64,000 nt of DNA from Sphyrna mokarran (Eukaryota), in NCBI GenBank assembly GCA_024679065.1, contig JAGIQG010000009.1:44516001-44580000 (forward strand). Reading direction: 5' to 3'. A program made the translations under genes and the position numbers. Of the stretch, positions 49,405-62,845 are shown piece after piece. Each line of letters begins with the position of its first letter. Within the stretch, counting starts at the first letter, position 1. A model generated the notes under the pieces. That model made no database searches and had not been told where the DNA came from. It worked only from the letters and a program-made list of their open reading frames with translations.

Positions 49405-51484
49405 AGTGAAGGACTTTCAGGAACTACAGCGTCCAGTCTTAGTGGTTGAGTTCTAATCTCAAATCATCCAAACCCACTTGATTGGCTTGTGTCCTTGGGC
49501 TATTTGTTGAACGTCTCCTCTCCTGTTTGTCTTACTTGGTTTCAGTAAGCATTGCAGTGATTAACTGCTCCTCTAAACCATCCAAATAAAATCACCATAA
49601 ATTTTAACAGTAAGTTTCTCTATATATTCCTCTATTTAAGAAACAATCTTGGAAAGAAAGGCTGCTGTAAGCTTTCTGATCTTGTTTACAAATTCTGACT
49701 TGAGTGTAGCCGCAGTTATTTTTTTGTCTAATTAAGAGTTGTAAAGACATTAATGAAAACAAATTCTTCTCCTGAACAATGCCACACATAAAACATTTCA
49801 GCAATGTGTTCAATTTGATTTTAGCTCGATTAAACTGTCTTTTCAAAAGCGTAGAGCTTTTAACTGTAATTGGTCGACATGTTATATAATTGGCCTTAGC
49901 AACCTTGGTACGAGGACGGTGACTGTCGGCCAGATTTCCCACTTCTGATCAACATCCTAGCTGGAAAGTGCACCTGTCTGAGCATCAGGTGAGAACAGAA
50001 CAAAACTTGGCTTCGATGTATTAGTGATTGAATATCCAGCTGATTCTCAGTCAGTAGGCTCAGACTTGCAAAAGACTAATTGACTGAAGGTAAGTAACAC
50101 ACATGGACTGAATTTGTGCCTTAAGGCAAAGGGAGAAAAAACTGGGTCACTAGTTGTGACAATATTGTATTAGCTGATCACAGGCGGATATTTGAAAGAA
50201 TTAGAGTTCTTTGGGTTAGTGTCACCAACACCAGTGAGTATCAGTCGTTCTTTGACAAATGCTGTAGTGGGCTGCTGATTTGACGTTTGAAAAATTGGCT
50301 TTTGGCTTTTCTAGGAAATGTTATAATTTTTACCCTCAGTATTTTTTAAAAGCAGTTAATTATCAGATTTGTGAAAGTACTGCAGGATTGTCATCAGCGT
50401 GTAATAAGACTTTGAAGTATGAATCCACCTGAGGAAAGTAATTAAAAATAACAAAGGAAAGTGGCGGGGGGAGCTCAGGCTCTTGAAAGATGCCAATTTT
50501 AACTGGACTTAAGTAGGAGAGTGCGTTGCCAAATGAGGCCCTTTGATGTTTGTTATCTGGGTATGAGTGAAACCAGTGTATGGCCCTGTCAGATTAACCA
50601 ATTCCTTTAGCTTATTGCATGGAGTATGGTGATTTACTGTATCAGGAACCTGCTTAAGGTCTGAGTGCACAGTGCCATATTTCTCTGCTTGTCAAACTGA
50701 CGCTTTACCTGCAATGCTAATAAATGGAGAGCTCCAAATTTCTCATATAATTCCATTTCCAACCACATTTGAAATTACAGGCCAACAAATATGAGCACTT
50801 TTTTATATATAAGATTCTTTCAGTTCTCTCTGTGTGTGGAATGAAGCCAAATTGTAGGAAATGTGCTTCTGGGAATAGCACAACTTGTGACAGACAGTCA
50901 GCTGGAGAAACTGGGCTAAATGGGTATTCGAGTGAAAGTGTGGTCGTCATTCATGAAGTGCTCTACTATCCAGGATACCGAATTACCTTGGCAATTTTTT
51001 GAAGTGTAGAAATTTTTAATAAAATTGGAATTTGGTCTGTGGCAGGAAAAGAATCAATGTTGGTGTTTTTAATGACTTTTTTACACTATCCAGTCTAGAT
51101 TGTGCTGTCTTCTTAAACTGAGCATTCCAGTCCACCAATTGTCAGTCAATTATGCTGCACAGCTAAGCGATTAATATGTGCTGACTATTCCTCCTCCCCA
51201 CCCCAAAGAGATCAAACGATACACACATTAGCAACAATAGTTATTGTTTGTATTACCATTAGTTACTCTTACCAACAGTTATTTTCAGAAATCTAATCAG
51301 GTTGAATATTATGTTATTAGCATCCTTTCAATTCAGTCAGAGTCCATGTTTGCTTCAACTAATCCTCAAATTGCATCCCTGAATTTGAAGCAATCAGATT
51401 TTGGCACCAAGTTGACAGCCATCCTGTTGTCCTGGCTAATGTTTCTCTGTCTATTAACATTACAAAACACAGGTCATCGTCTTT

Positions 51485-51670
51485 TTCCCATTCATTCATG
51501 AGACATGGGCGTCACAGGCTGGCCAGCATTTATTACCCGTCCCTTATTGCCCAAGGGCAGTTGAGAGTCAACCACATTACAGTGACTCTCGTGTCACATG
51601 TAGGTCAGACCGGGGTAAGGATGGGAGATTTTCTTCCTGAAAAGACATGAGTGAACCAGATGGGTTTTAT
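51485..51670 (-). mobile_element. 3' part of the SINE family seen at 32053-32320, with LINE-shared tail
   Basis: ggctggccagcatttattacccgtcc (tail) joined to gagtcaaccacatt...gtgaaccagatgggtttt (body). Confidence 0.75.
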
Positions 51671-52717
51671 CACATTGCTAATTCAGGGAGCTGGCTGAGC
51701 ACAAACTGGTGAGTTTCTCAATTGACTACACCTCAAAAATATTTCATTGACTGGGAAGCACTTTGGTACATCCTATGATGGTGAAAGGCAGTCTGTAAAT
51801 TTAAGACTTTCCGTCTTAAAATACTGTTTAAAATCTCCTCCTTTAACAATGCTTTTGCTTACCTGCCCTAATATCTCTATACTGAATCAATATACTTTGT
51901 CTTATGAAGGCTCCTTGGACCATTTTATTGCAGTAAATAAATTATATAAACACATGCTTTTCTCTCCATATATGACTCCATTTTCCCATGCTCACCCTCC
52001 CCTTCTCCTTGTTTTCTTCCATGCCCCTAACTCTTTCTGCTTCGTACGCCTGTCACTGTCAGTTTTTCCCCATTATTTTTATTTTATTTGGTTGGCAGTA
52101 GTAAGTGGCAACACCTGGTGTACAAATTATGCAATTACAGGGTGAACACTTGACACAGATGATTTCAGTTGAGGGTGAACATAGGAATTTATGATGAGCT
52201 AAAGTTGACACTAAAGGACAATGAAAACTGATGATGGGAAATAAGGTTTTTATAGATAAGATATGGGACAAAGGCATCTATATGGAACCAGGTCACAGAT
52301 CAGCTCTGATCTCATTAAATGGCTGAGCAGGCTCGAGAGGTTAAATAGTCTGCTTCTGTTCTTATGTCCCTGGAAAGTGCACACAGACATAAAATGTAAT
52401 TGCATCTGCATGTATGTCCTGGCTACAAATCTTATTTCCAGTTGTCACTGTAAACTGTAAGAGGAACAGATTCCCTTGGCATTGATTCAATAACGACATA
52501 TAGTTCTGTTAACACCTTTAATAAAACATTACAAAGCACCTCATAGAGCAGCCTCTAAGTATTTGCAATCTGAACATTAGCTGAGTGTCTCAGATTTAGA
52601 GAATTCAGAAGAAATTATCTCACACACGTGGAATATGAACGTGCAATGCTTAACCTCAGCTGTCATTTAGAAAATACAATAAGGAAGTGGTTGGAAGTGA
52701 AGAATGTAAAAATATAT

Positions 52718-54498
52718 GGGTGGAATCTTCCCAAAAAAATCCTAAGAGCACGAGCTTCCAGTCCCGTCCTGCCCATCATTTGGTAAGGCACTATGGTAAG
52801 ATCAGGCAAAAGGTGAAAAGCGAGAAATGCACCCGGTCTTTTGCCTCCTCTGATCATACTGGCCCTGTTTGGCTAGCAAAATCGCTTCTCACCCAGAAAG
52901 GACGAGATTTAAGGATGATATAAATATTGATGACATGATTAGAATGTAATTAATGAGTCCTGGACACTATTGTCTGGGTTCACTTACCTTAACTACTTTT
53001 CTGGTGATGGTCTCACTAGCGAGAATCACCAATGATCTGTACCAGTGGAGGCCAGATATTGTGGCCTTGCGGGAGAGATCAGAGACCGTTGAAGTCTCTC
53101 CCCGTCAAGTGGTTAGGGTCAGGGGCTGGGCAGTTCCCATGGCAGTGCCCATTGTGCACCATAATTGTGGTGGGACAGTACCAATGGGATCGGACCTGAG
53201 TGGTGGTGGAGCCTGTGGGGATGGAGCTACGTTAGGGAGAAGGGAAGGGTCTCTGCAGGGGTGGGATCGAGGTGGGTGGGAAGGAGAGAGAGAACTCTGC
53301 AAGGGTGGCGACTGAGGAAGGGGAAGAGGTACTCTGCAGGTGGGGCTGATCGGCAGGAGGGGGAATCCAATGTCAGTGTGGTGAATGAGGGGTTAGACCA
53401 GCTCAGGAGGTGATCAGCATGGGTGGTGGTCCCTGATGTCAATGGGGCGGGTGAGGGGAGGCGACAGGAGATCTCTGGGAAATCAGGGTGCCTGTGCAAC
53501 GACATGCCAAGACTTCTGCAGCCGGCTTTTCCAGTGAGCTCTGGCTCCGCAGCCCCCTCCCCCACTGGCGAGAATCACATCTTGCTACTTTTTTTTGCAC
53601 TAAGAACTGTAAGGTTGTCACTTGCAGCTCACCCAATAAGACAGTGCAATTCTCCACTCGTTAGCTTATTCAGCATTTAGAACGTTTTTGTAAGACTGCA
53701 CCCTCAGCATCATAACACTTCAGAGCTCTAAGGCATCATTGCACAGCATTCCCCCATCTGACAATGGATTGAGTGACTCTCTTACCCCACCCGTGGATAT
53801 CGGATTTCACACTGCCCCCCTCCCATCATCAGCAACATTGCTACCCCCCAAACACACACAGGCATGGGTTGCTCGCATCGGGATATCAAGACTCTGGTGG
53901 AACACTAACGAACCTCTCCACAGTCACTTGCTGCATGCCTCCCTTCTTGTATAGGGCCCTCTTGCGGAGCTTCCTCCTCTCAACCACCACCCTTGTAGAG
54001 TTCCTGTTTTGCATAAGTCCCCCCCTCCCCCTCATCATAGTTTTACCAATTTAGGTCACACTCCCACTCAGACCCCATCCCACTCTGGCCACACTTCCAA
54101 CTGGGCACTGCCAGATAGGTAGTGCCAGGTGGGCAATGCCAGGCTGGCACTGCCTGATGTGTACTGCCCAGCCATGCCTCTGACCATCTACAGACTTCAG
54201 TGGTCTCTGATCCCCCTCAACATAGCCGTGGCACCTGGCCTCTGCTACTGCAGACTAGTAGAGATTCTAGCCAGTATGATGTCTCATTGGTGAGATACAT
54301 CCGGGAGGGCCGGGGGCAGCCATCCGGGTGCGAAACTGTTCTCGTCAGCAAAACAGGGCCAGGAAGATACAAAACAAATTTGTTGTTCAGAGTACAGATA
54401 TCTTGTGTACGGCAGGATTGGGATTTCTCCTCTCTCATGTTATCTTCGCAGCACGCCATGCTGATCAACTGGCACAGCTAACTGGTAAAATCGCGCTC
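52718..54498. mobile_element. GC-rich composite non-autonomous DNA-transposon-like repeat(s)
   Basis: Termini gggtggaatcttccc ... ggtaaaatcgcgc, an internal agaatcac terminus at ~53575, and ggcactgcc/ggcagtgcc repeats as in 40793-41840. Confidence 0.5.
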
Positions 54499-56299
54499 TA
54501 TGTCTAAAGGCTTTGAGGAGTGTGAATAGAATGCATAACTTGAGGATCTAGCACTAGCACAGGCACAATGAGTTAAATGACCTCAGCTGTAATTTTGTAG
54601 TTCTCTGAATATGTTTATTTAATGCTAATTTAGTACGAGGAAGGAAAATGAAAGGTTTCTCAGCAGTAACTCCAAAGAAAAATGACAGGTTTGCCTCAAG
54701 CACATGAATATTTGTTTAATGTGATACAAATTTATTAGTTAAGTGCATAAACAACTGCCAGTTGCCAGCAGATATAATCAACCATGTCTGAGGCAGATCG
54801 GTCAAAACAGAGGGCAGAGACTCCTCCATTAACTAAAGTGAACGCTCAGAGGTTAGAGTCTGGCAGCCTGTGATAAGAGTTGTTAGACTAGTCGTATTTT
54901 TAGACACCTTTTCCCATATACTCAATTATTCTCAAGAGAGATGCCTTCTTAGCTGATCAGTCTGATTGACCTCGAGATTCACCAGAGTACAGATACCTTG
55001 TGTATGCATTCTTGCTTTGAAGAATAAAATATTCATCCAATTTTATGTATCTTGTTTGAATATATTCACTTTTCCCAGCAGAGTTGCTAACTGGTTGAAT
55101 TAGAAAGCAATAGAATGGATACTGTTATCGCAGACTGGATTCAACATATGCCTATGGCAGGCTTGTTACAGGAAGGTAAACGAGGGGATTAAAGTGGAGA
55201 ACCAGAGAGACTGCCTATTTTTTGCTAATAAACACATGACCTTGAATTATGCAATTTCTGAAAAGCAATTCTATTAGCAAATGTTCATAACATACAGCCC
55301 TTAAGTATTTCATTCAATTGCCACTGAGGTGGTGGTATTCTCGGACCAAGAATTTTGTTATTGAGGCAGAAAGCTCAAGCTGGAGAAGTCCCTGGATGCG
55401 CAAGCCCATCTGCTTTAAAAGGGCCCCCTCATCTTGCCATATTCCAGAATAGTGGAACCCACTTGCATTTGCATTTGCAGTTCAGAGGCAGCCAAAGAGA
55501 CAGACAAGTGCCGAAGTGTGTTGGTTAGAAGGCCTGCCTCAGTTTTTTGAATCTTCAGCCCAGTTGTATAAAAGTGTATTAGCTCTGTAACCCCTACTCT
55601 CCCACTCTTCCCATGCCCCCATATTCCTCATACCCCCTGGCCATTTCCAACACCCCCATGCCCATATATTAACTCCACCTCAATGCCTTATGTACCCTAA
55701 ATTCTCCCTACCCCATGTCATCTCCATTGATAACCTCCATTCTGCTGCCATAGTGACTCACCTAGGGTCCACTATGGACAGACATCAGGAGCACCATGAA
55801 AATGAAAAGATATTAAATTTTTAAGCGAGCTCTCACTCAATACTGGAAAAAAAAATTTGTTCATGAAATCCATTTAGAAAATTTAAATTATCTCAAGTGG
55901 TCAATCCGTTTTTAAAACTAAACAAATGGTTATTCCCTAACCTCATCAGGCATCTAATCCTTCAATATAATCTTTGTACAACTTCTACTCAAAATGTAAA
56001 CTAAGCTGCCTGCTGGGATTAATGACTTTGGAGCTTTTGAGATTCAGCCAAGCATGCATAATGAAGTCAGTTGTAAAACTTTAGAAAATGTCAACAAAAA
56101 ACTCAATTGAAACTGCAAGAAAAGATAGCTTTTTCCTCTTAATCTAAATCAGTGGGTGTTTGCTTTTTATCTCTGCAAGGGCTATGGGTTTAAATCACTT
56201 CACATCACAACACATTAATAAAACTTAACTGCTTTTCAAGAGAGTTTACACCTCCTGCTGAAGATTGTGGTTGCCATTTTGCAGGCTTAAGGCCTTTGA

Positions 56300-56560
56300 A
56301 ACATTGAACAAAGAACAAAACAGCACGGGAAACAGGCCCTTAGGCCCAACAAGCCGGGGCCGCCACCCCAATGTTCCCACCTCTACCCGTGATCCCTGTC
56401 TATGTTTATAAATCTATGGATTAAAAACCAAATTTGAGACAATTTAGGGAGAATTTGTTTTGCCAATTAGCCTAAGGGCACATCTTTGGGGTGTGGGAGG
56501 AAACCGGAGGAAACCCACACAAGCACAGGGAGAATGCGCAAACTCCCACAGACACAGGCC
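56300..56560 (-). mobile_element. SINE fragment (V-SINE-like core, CR1-like tail)
   Basis: gggaggaaaccggaggaaacccacacaagcacagggagaatgcgcaaactccca; tail gaacaaagaacaaaacagcacgggaaacaggccct. Confidence 0.7.
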
Positions 56561-56849
56561 CAAATCCATTTATCTGCACAGCACAGCGATAGTCACTGAG
56601 CTGTCGTGTTGCCCATCAAATGGTTCAGGTCAAGCGTACAGATGAGGTCTGTTTGAAATCAGCAGTAATTTCAAATGCGTGTGCTGAGTTTAGGTTCGCA
56701 CCCCGACCTTTTTCTTATGGGTACCAAAATGGGATCAGCTGTAAATGGGGAAGACTGTTAGTAGCTGGATCTGCCATCGTTTTTAAAGGTCTCTGGAGTC
56801 AAGACGACTCTGCCCTCTGTCTTATGTAGAGATTTGTGAGTTGAAGAAC

Positions 56850-57340
56850 AAATTTGAGCTCGTGATGCAGGCTGAGAAAACCGGGGCTATGCAGTTCTGT
56901 TAGAAGCAGGAGTAGACCATTTGGCCCTTCAAGCCTATTTGCTCTGCCAGTCATTATGATCGTGGCTGATCATCAAATTCAATATCCCTGCTTCCCCCTT
57001 TCCTCATATCCCCTGATCCCTTCAGCCCCAAGAGCTATAGTTAATTTCTTCTTGAAGTGCTGTCTTACTGATGAAATGTTAAACCAAGTCTGCCAGTTCA
57101 AATGGACACAAAATGGTGATATTCAAAGAAGGAAGGACAGTTTTCTCAACGTTTCATTCAAATCCACTTTCCCATCAAACGCTTTGTCAAAAGCCTGACC
57201 TAACAAAATAGGTGGATCTTTTCTGTGTCAATTTGGCTAGAATGTTTCCTGTGGTTACACTTCAAATAGAATGCATTGGCGACCCACTGTGCGACATTTG
57301 GATAAAGTGAAACATAACATAAAATGCATTTTCTTCACTC
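56850..57340 (+). mobile_element. Old DeuSINE-like element interrupted by an antisense CR1 3'UTR (~56902-57055)
   Basis: gtgctgtcttactgatgaaatgttaaacc resembles the Deu-domain as recalled; tail tacacttcaaa...cattggc...ataaaatgca; insert agcaggagtagaccatttggcccttcaagcct. Confidence 0.5.
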
Positions 57341-57371
57341 CTTCATCCAATTGCTTGCTGATGATGCTGCC

Positions 57372-57390
57372 TACTGCCCTCTGGTGGCTG
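57372..57390 (-). promoter_or_regulatory. Candidate CTCF binding site
   Basis: Minus strand CAGCCACCAGAGGGCAGTA fits the CTCF core consensus CCASYAGRKGGCRS at every position. Confidence 0.55.
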
Positions 57391-58024
57391 TTTACAGTTC
57401 TCCATAGGCTTTAACAGGACTTGATCAATACAGGTGTTTGGTTCGATTTGCCAATGATCATTGCTACCAGAGTGGGGATTCAGTTTGTGGACGTCTGCCC
57501 ATATTGTGCAACCTGACATTTTCTGGTTGGCTGAAAACTGATGAGAACTTTATTTAAATACTGTGATGGAATTGAAATTAATTCAAATAAATGCATGTGC
57601 AATTTCTTACTATTTATGCCACTTGAATATGACATAAATTCAAGCTGCCCAGGTGAAACAGGCTGATAGCTTGCCATTTTCATAGTTTGATTTATTTTTA
57701 AGTCTGCATCAGAAGAATGCATTTAAAGGTTTTATTGAGGTGTTTACATTTGGTCCACTTTATTTTCTTGCAACTTCTGCCAAGAATTCCTTCACTACCA
57801 TTTTCAGTTGCTACTATTTACTATTAATCTTTGAGTAACCAGCCCAAGTCACGGAGTTCTCTTAAACAGCTGCTTTAATCACACTATAGCTTGGTCCCTG
57901 GAAAGTCACAAACAGTGCCAGTAACTAGCCAGAGCTCAGAATTCAGCAATACACAAGTAGTTATGTTTTCACGTTCCATCCACCACGGGAATCGTAGGGG
58001 GGAGGGGATGGACCATGAAAAGGT

Positions 58025-58275
58025 CATGGAATCATGGCATCTCTACTGGAGGCCATTGGCCCATCAAGTCAGCACCGACACCAATCGCGCTCAGGCCCTA
58101 TCCCCACGTATTTACCCTGTTAGTCCCCCTGACACTAAAGGACAATTTAGCATGGCCAGTCAACCCAACCCACACATCTTTGGACAGTGGGGGCAAACCA
58201 GAGCACCTGGAAGAAACCAATGCAGGCATGGGGAGAATGTGCAGACTTCACATAGACAGTCACCTAAGTCTGTTG
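58025..58275 (-). mobile_element. HE1-like SINE, 5'-truncated, tail B
   Basis: ggaggccattggcccatcaagtcagcaccgac...ggggagaatgtgcagacttcacatagacagtcacc. Confidence 0.85.
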
Positions 58276-58599
58276 ACCTTGGGCAGGATTTCCCTGTTTT
58301 GAGATGCACGAGGCTATAAAATTCCACCCATAGTTTCAAATTCTCTTCCATCATTCATAAGGTACAAATATTAGAACCAATCATCTTATGCTTACTTAAT
58401 TGTAATATGCAAGCAGCGTGAAGACTTAATCATGTTAGCTGATGTAATCCATCATTGCTACAATTGTCATTGTCCCAGCTTGTATGTGTGTATCTTGAAT
58501 ATTACTTCCTTTTTCCAGTTCCATGATGTCTGATTTAATGAATTCTTCAGACTAATGGCCCTGGTGCTTATCTGTTAAGACTTTTATAAGACCTTCATT

Positions 58600-59480
58600 A
58601 GTGTGCAGAGGATGCTGAAAGTCTGAAAAGGGATATAGATAATCTAAGTGAGAGGGCGAGGCTTTGGCAGATGAAGCACAATGTTGGTAAATGTGAGGTC
58701 ATCCATTTTGGTAGGAATAACAGCAAAATGGACTATTATTTAAATGGTAAAAAATTGCAGCATGTTGCTATGCACAGGGACCTGGCTGTTCTTGTGCAGA
58801 ATCACAAGGAGTTGGTTTGCAGGTACAGCAGATAATTAAGAAGGCAAATGGAATTTTGTCCTTCATTGCTAGAGGAATGGAATTTAAGAACCGCGAGATT
58901 ATGTTGCAGCTGTATAAGGTGCCAATGAGGCCAAACCTGGAGTACTGTGTACAGTTTTGGTCTTCTTATTTGAGAAAGGATATCCTGGCACTGAAGTGGA
59001 TGCAAAAGGGATTCACTAGATTGATTCCAGAATTGAGAGGGTTGGCTTATGAGGAAGACTGAGTCTATACTCATTGAAATTCAGAAAATTGAGGGGAGAT
59101 CTTATAGAAACATATAAGATTATGAAGGGAATAGATAAGACAGAAGCAGGGAAGAGATTTCCACTTGCGGGTGAAACCAGAACTAGGGGGCATAGTCTTA
59201 AAATAAGGGGAAGCAAATTTAGGACTGAGTTGAGGAGGAACTTTTTCACACAAAGGGTTGTGAATCTGTGGAATTCTCTGTCCAGTGAAGCAGTTGAGGC
59301 TACCTCATTGAATGTTGTTAAGGCAAGGATCAATAAATTTTTCAACAGGAAAGAAATTAAGGGCTATGATGAGTGGACAGGTAAATAGAGGTGAGTTCAC
59401 AAAAAGATCAGCCATGATCTTATTGAATGGTGGAGTAGACTCCAGAGGCCAAGATGGCCTATTCCTGCTCCTAGTTATGT
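58600..59480 (+). mobile_element. CR1 LINE 3' fragment
   Basis: KKANGILSFIARG...RPNLEYCVQFWS, RGDLIETYKIMKG...FFTQRVVNLWNSL; same subfamily as 38425-39822. Confidence 0.95.
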
Positions 59481-60119
59481 TTTTTTCTCTTAGCAGCTTA
59501 TGTAATTTCTGAACTTGTGGTGATTATTAACCCTTCCAAATGTATTCTTTTCCTGAGAGGAAATACCTTTGTTTGTGCCTTTTTCAACATACCCCTGCTA
59601 CTGTACTGCATCACTATACCTATTGATCATTGAGTAACTGTGACGTTGATGAGACTGTGATTACTGCTTTCCTCACTCTGATTTACAAACATGTGAATAT
59701 TGGAAGCAAGGACCTCTGTAGCAATGGTCAACAGTGACTACAGATGTCCTAAATTACCATATTTGAGAGCATACTCCCTTTCCTGAGTCTATATCTAGGT
59801 TCTACTCTTTGGTCACGTAATAGTATAGAACAACCATGTGGTTTAATCAAACTTCTTTTGCTTAGTATCACAAGTTACTACAAGTATACTCTCAAAATGG
59901 CAATTAGCTTTCCTGAGTGCAAGAATCCTGTCCCAGGTTATTTTCACACTTTCAGATGCTGACCTTCTGAACGCATGAGGCAGGACTTCCTGGCCATGTT
60001 TGCCTCAAGATTGGAAAATCCCACCCAAGATCATTGGACCTTTGCACAATTTGCGTCCCACCTTCTACAATTCCCATAGCAGGACGAGATGGGAAAATTT
60101 CATACCTGATGCTTACAGT

Positions 60120-61345
60120 ATCACAGAATGAAAGAATTGGTACCTTGCAGTAAGAGGGCATTCGGCCCATTGTGCCTGCACCACGCATTATGATTTGGTG
60201 CCATTCCCTTAGCTTTTCCTGTATCCCTGCACAGGAGGGGTTTCTATTCAAGTAATCGTCTAACACTCTCTCGAATGCCTCGAATTGACCTGTCTCCACC
60301 ACACACTTCAGGCAGAACATTCCAGACCCAAACCACTTGCTGTGTGAAAAATGTTTTCTCACATTATTGTCGCTCTTTTGCAAATCACTTTAAATCTATG
60401 CTCCCTTGTTTTGACCCTTTTATGAGGGGAACAGTTTCTCCCTATTTACTCTATCCATTGCCCTCATAGTTTTGAACATTTCTATCAAATCTCCTCTTAG
60501 CTTTCTTGTCTCCAAGGAGATCAGACCCAACATCTCCAATGTATCCTCATAACTGAAGTTTCTCATTCCTGGGACCATTCTTCTAAACCTTTACTGCACT
60601 CTCTCCAATGTGTTCACATCCATCCTATAGTGTGGGGCACAGAACTGTACACAATATTCTAGCTGTAATCTAACTAACATCTTGTATAAATTCAGTATAA
60701 CCTCCTTGGTTTTGTGACAATATGCTCCTGTAAATAAAGCCCAGAATACTATATATGCTTTATTAACTATTCTCTCTACCTGATCTGCCATCTCCAATGA
60801 TCTATCCAATGATCATATTCACCCAGGTCCCTTTGCTCCTGCACCCCTCTATCTCCATGATTTTCCTCCCAAATGCATTGCCTCACATTTTTCCATATTG
60901 AACTTTACTTGCCAGCTTTCTGCCCATTTCACTAACTTGCTTGTGTCCTTTTGAAGTTCTGCACTGTCCTCTTCTTAGTTCACAATACTTTCAAGTTTGT
61001 ACCATCTGCAAACTTTTAAATTGTCCCCTGCACACCAAGATCTGGCTAATTAATGTATATCAGGAAAAGCAAGGATCCCAATATCAACCCCTGAGGAACA
61101 CCACTACAAACCTTCCTCCGGCCTGAAAAATATCCATTAACCATTGCTTCCTATTATTCAGCCACTTTTATATCCCCATTGTTATGGCCCTTTTTATTTC
61201 ATGAACTTTAACTTTGATGTGGAGTTGCCAGAATTAGACTGGGGTAAGCACAGTAAATAGTCTCACAACACCAGGTTAAAGTCCAACAGGTTTATTTGGT
61301 CTCTTTGAGCTTTAACTTTGCTCACAAGTCTGTTGTGCCACTCAT
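60120..61345 (-). mobile_element. CR1 LINE fragment
   Basis: Minus strand LYKMLVRLQLEYCVQFCAPHY...LERVQ, FADGT, VPQGLILG-like motifs and CR1 3'UTR. Confidence 0.9.
61217..61305. mobile_element. Short Penelope-like terminal-repeat fragment inserted in CR1 with a 15-bp TSD
   Basis: Flanks tgaactttaactttg (61202-61216) / tgagctttaactttg (61306-61320); insert matches the 47699-47845 family. Confidence 0.75.
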
Positions 61346-62636
61346 GTCTATGCTCACACTCCCTTTGGGATGTCAGACACGTCCATTTGTCCAATCACTT
61401 GTCATCTGGGGTTGTTGCCAGGCAGTTGTATCATGGGCAGATCCACTTTTCTCCTCCTATTCGCCTCAGCCCCTGCCCAGGACCATCTTGTAGATTTTGC
61501 TCACATTAAGTCAGTTTCAACTGGTTGAACTGTAAGTTCATTAAAGTTCAACTTCAAGCCAGAAAACAGCTCCATGGTTATTAATTCCTTGTCTTAAAGG
61601 TAAACAGTTTCGGTTCTTATCTTGTCAGGTACAGATAGAGTTCATCCGTTGAGAAAAAAACAAGTTACACAGTTGTCAGGTGGTTTGCAGATGAACGATT
61701 TTTCCTGAAAGCAGAAAAACACTTCTTTAACCTTTGTCCAAATAAGCAACTGCTCATTTTACATTTTCCCAGTCGTGTAGTCTTCCTTTGTCTGATCACC
61801 CTTTGTCTGCCTCTGTACGTAGGACTGCCATGTCAGATTTACTTGTATAGGTGTCATAATGAGAGCAGCTTCATCTACAAGCAATAGCAAAAATTAACTT
61901 AAAAGAAAATATGGGTTAAAAATGGGATTGAATAAAACTGTTTTAAGACTGGGTTGACTTGAAATCTTACAGCGTGTTCCCTATTTGTCTGGAATTTCTT
62001 AATAAGCCTCATGAAGATACAGGAATGGGCTCCTGTACACAATGACGGGTGTTTGATTTCATTTCAATCACTGCTCAGGATCTGGATTCAAAAGAATATA
62101 GACTGTTGTTAAGTTGGGGGACACTTGAGAATTAACCTTTAGCCAGGAGCTTCCTGCTTCTTCAGCACAGCTGGTTGCTTCTAGTCAACTGTGCCCTGTA
62201 CATCATCAAGTGTACCTTTCTGCACTTATGTTATCTTTAAGAGTGATTTCCCCAAGTTGGTGTCTAAAAGGATAGAAACAACTAGCAGCAAATGCTGCAA
62301 GGTGGTGGTAGGTGATGTCTACTGGGTTCTGACACAGTTTTGATGTATGTCTAAATTGGGAAAAGAGGAACATTGACTACAATGCTGTTATCTGGGTCAG
62401 CTTTGAAATATAGTCAAAATGAATCATGTGATATCGCACAACATTGCATTACTTTTGCAAAAGTGAATAGTGGAGAAGGGGGATGTTTTTATTGTACTAA
62501 TTCAGTGCTTAGGCTGAGATTTTTGATTTCGGCACTTACTGCTAAGTCTGTGGCCTGACTGACTGACTGACTATGAGCTGGAGGTTGACCTCATTTTTTT
62601 CAAATCACAATTTAGGAAAGCTGCATGCTTACTTTT

Positions 62637-62845
62637 TGATTTGATTTATTATTGTCACACATATTGGGGTTCAGTGAAAAGTATTGTTTGTTACATGTGA
62701 AGCTGATAAAGCACACTGTTCATAGAGTACTTAGGGAGGAAGGGGAGGATAGGTTGCAGAATAAAATGTCACAGCTAAGGTGTAGAAAAAGATCCATTCA
62801 AAAGTCTGATGGTAGCAGGGAAGAAACTGTTCTTGAGCTCTTCTC
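62637..62845 (-). mobile_element. Rex1/Babar-like LINE 3' end
   Basis: gatttgatttattattgtcac...cagtgaaaagtattgttt...aaaagtctgatggtagcagggaagaaactgttcttgag is the reverse complement of 46265-46480 with an internal deletion. Confidence 0.85.

Noticed and set aside
52953-54481. ORF cluster or CpG-island promoter
   Set aside because: GC-rich repeat related to 40793-41840; low-complexity peptides and no clear CpG enrichment.
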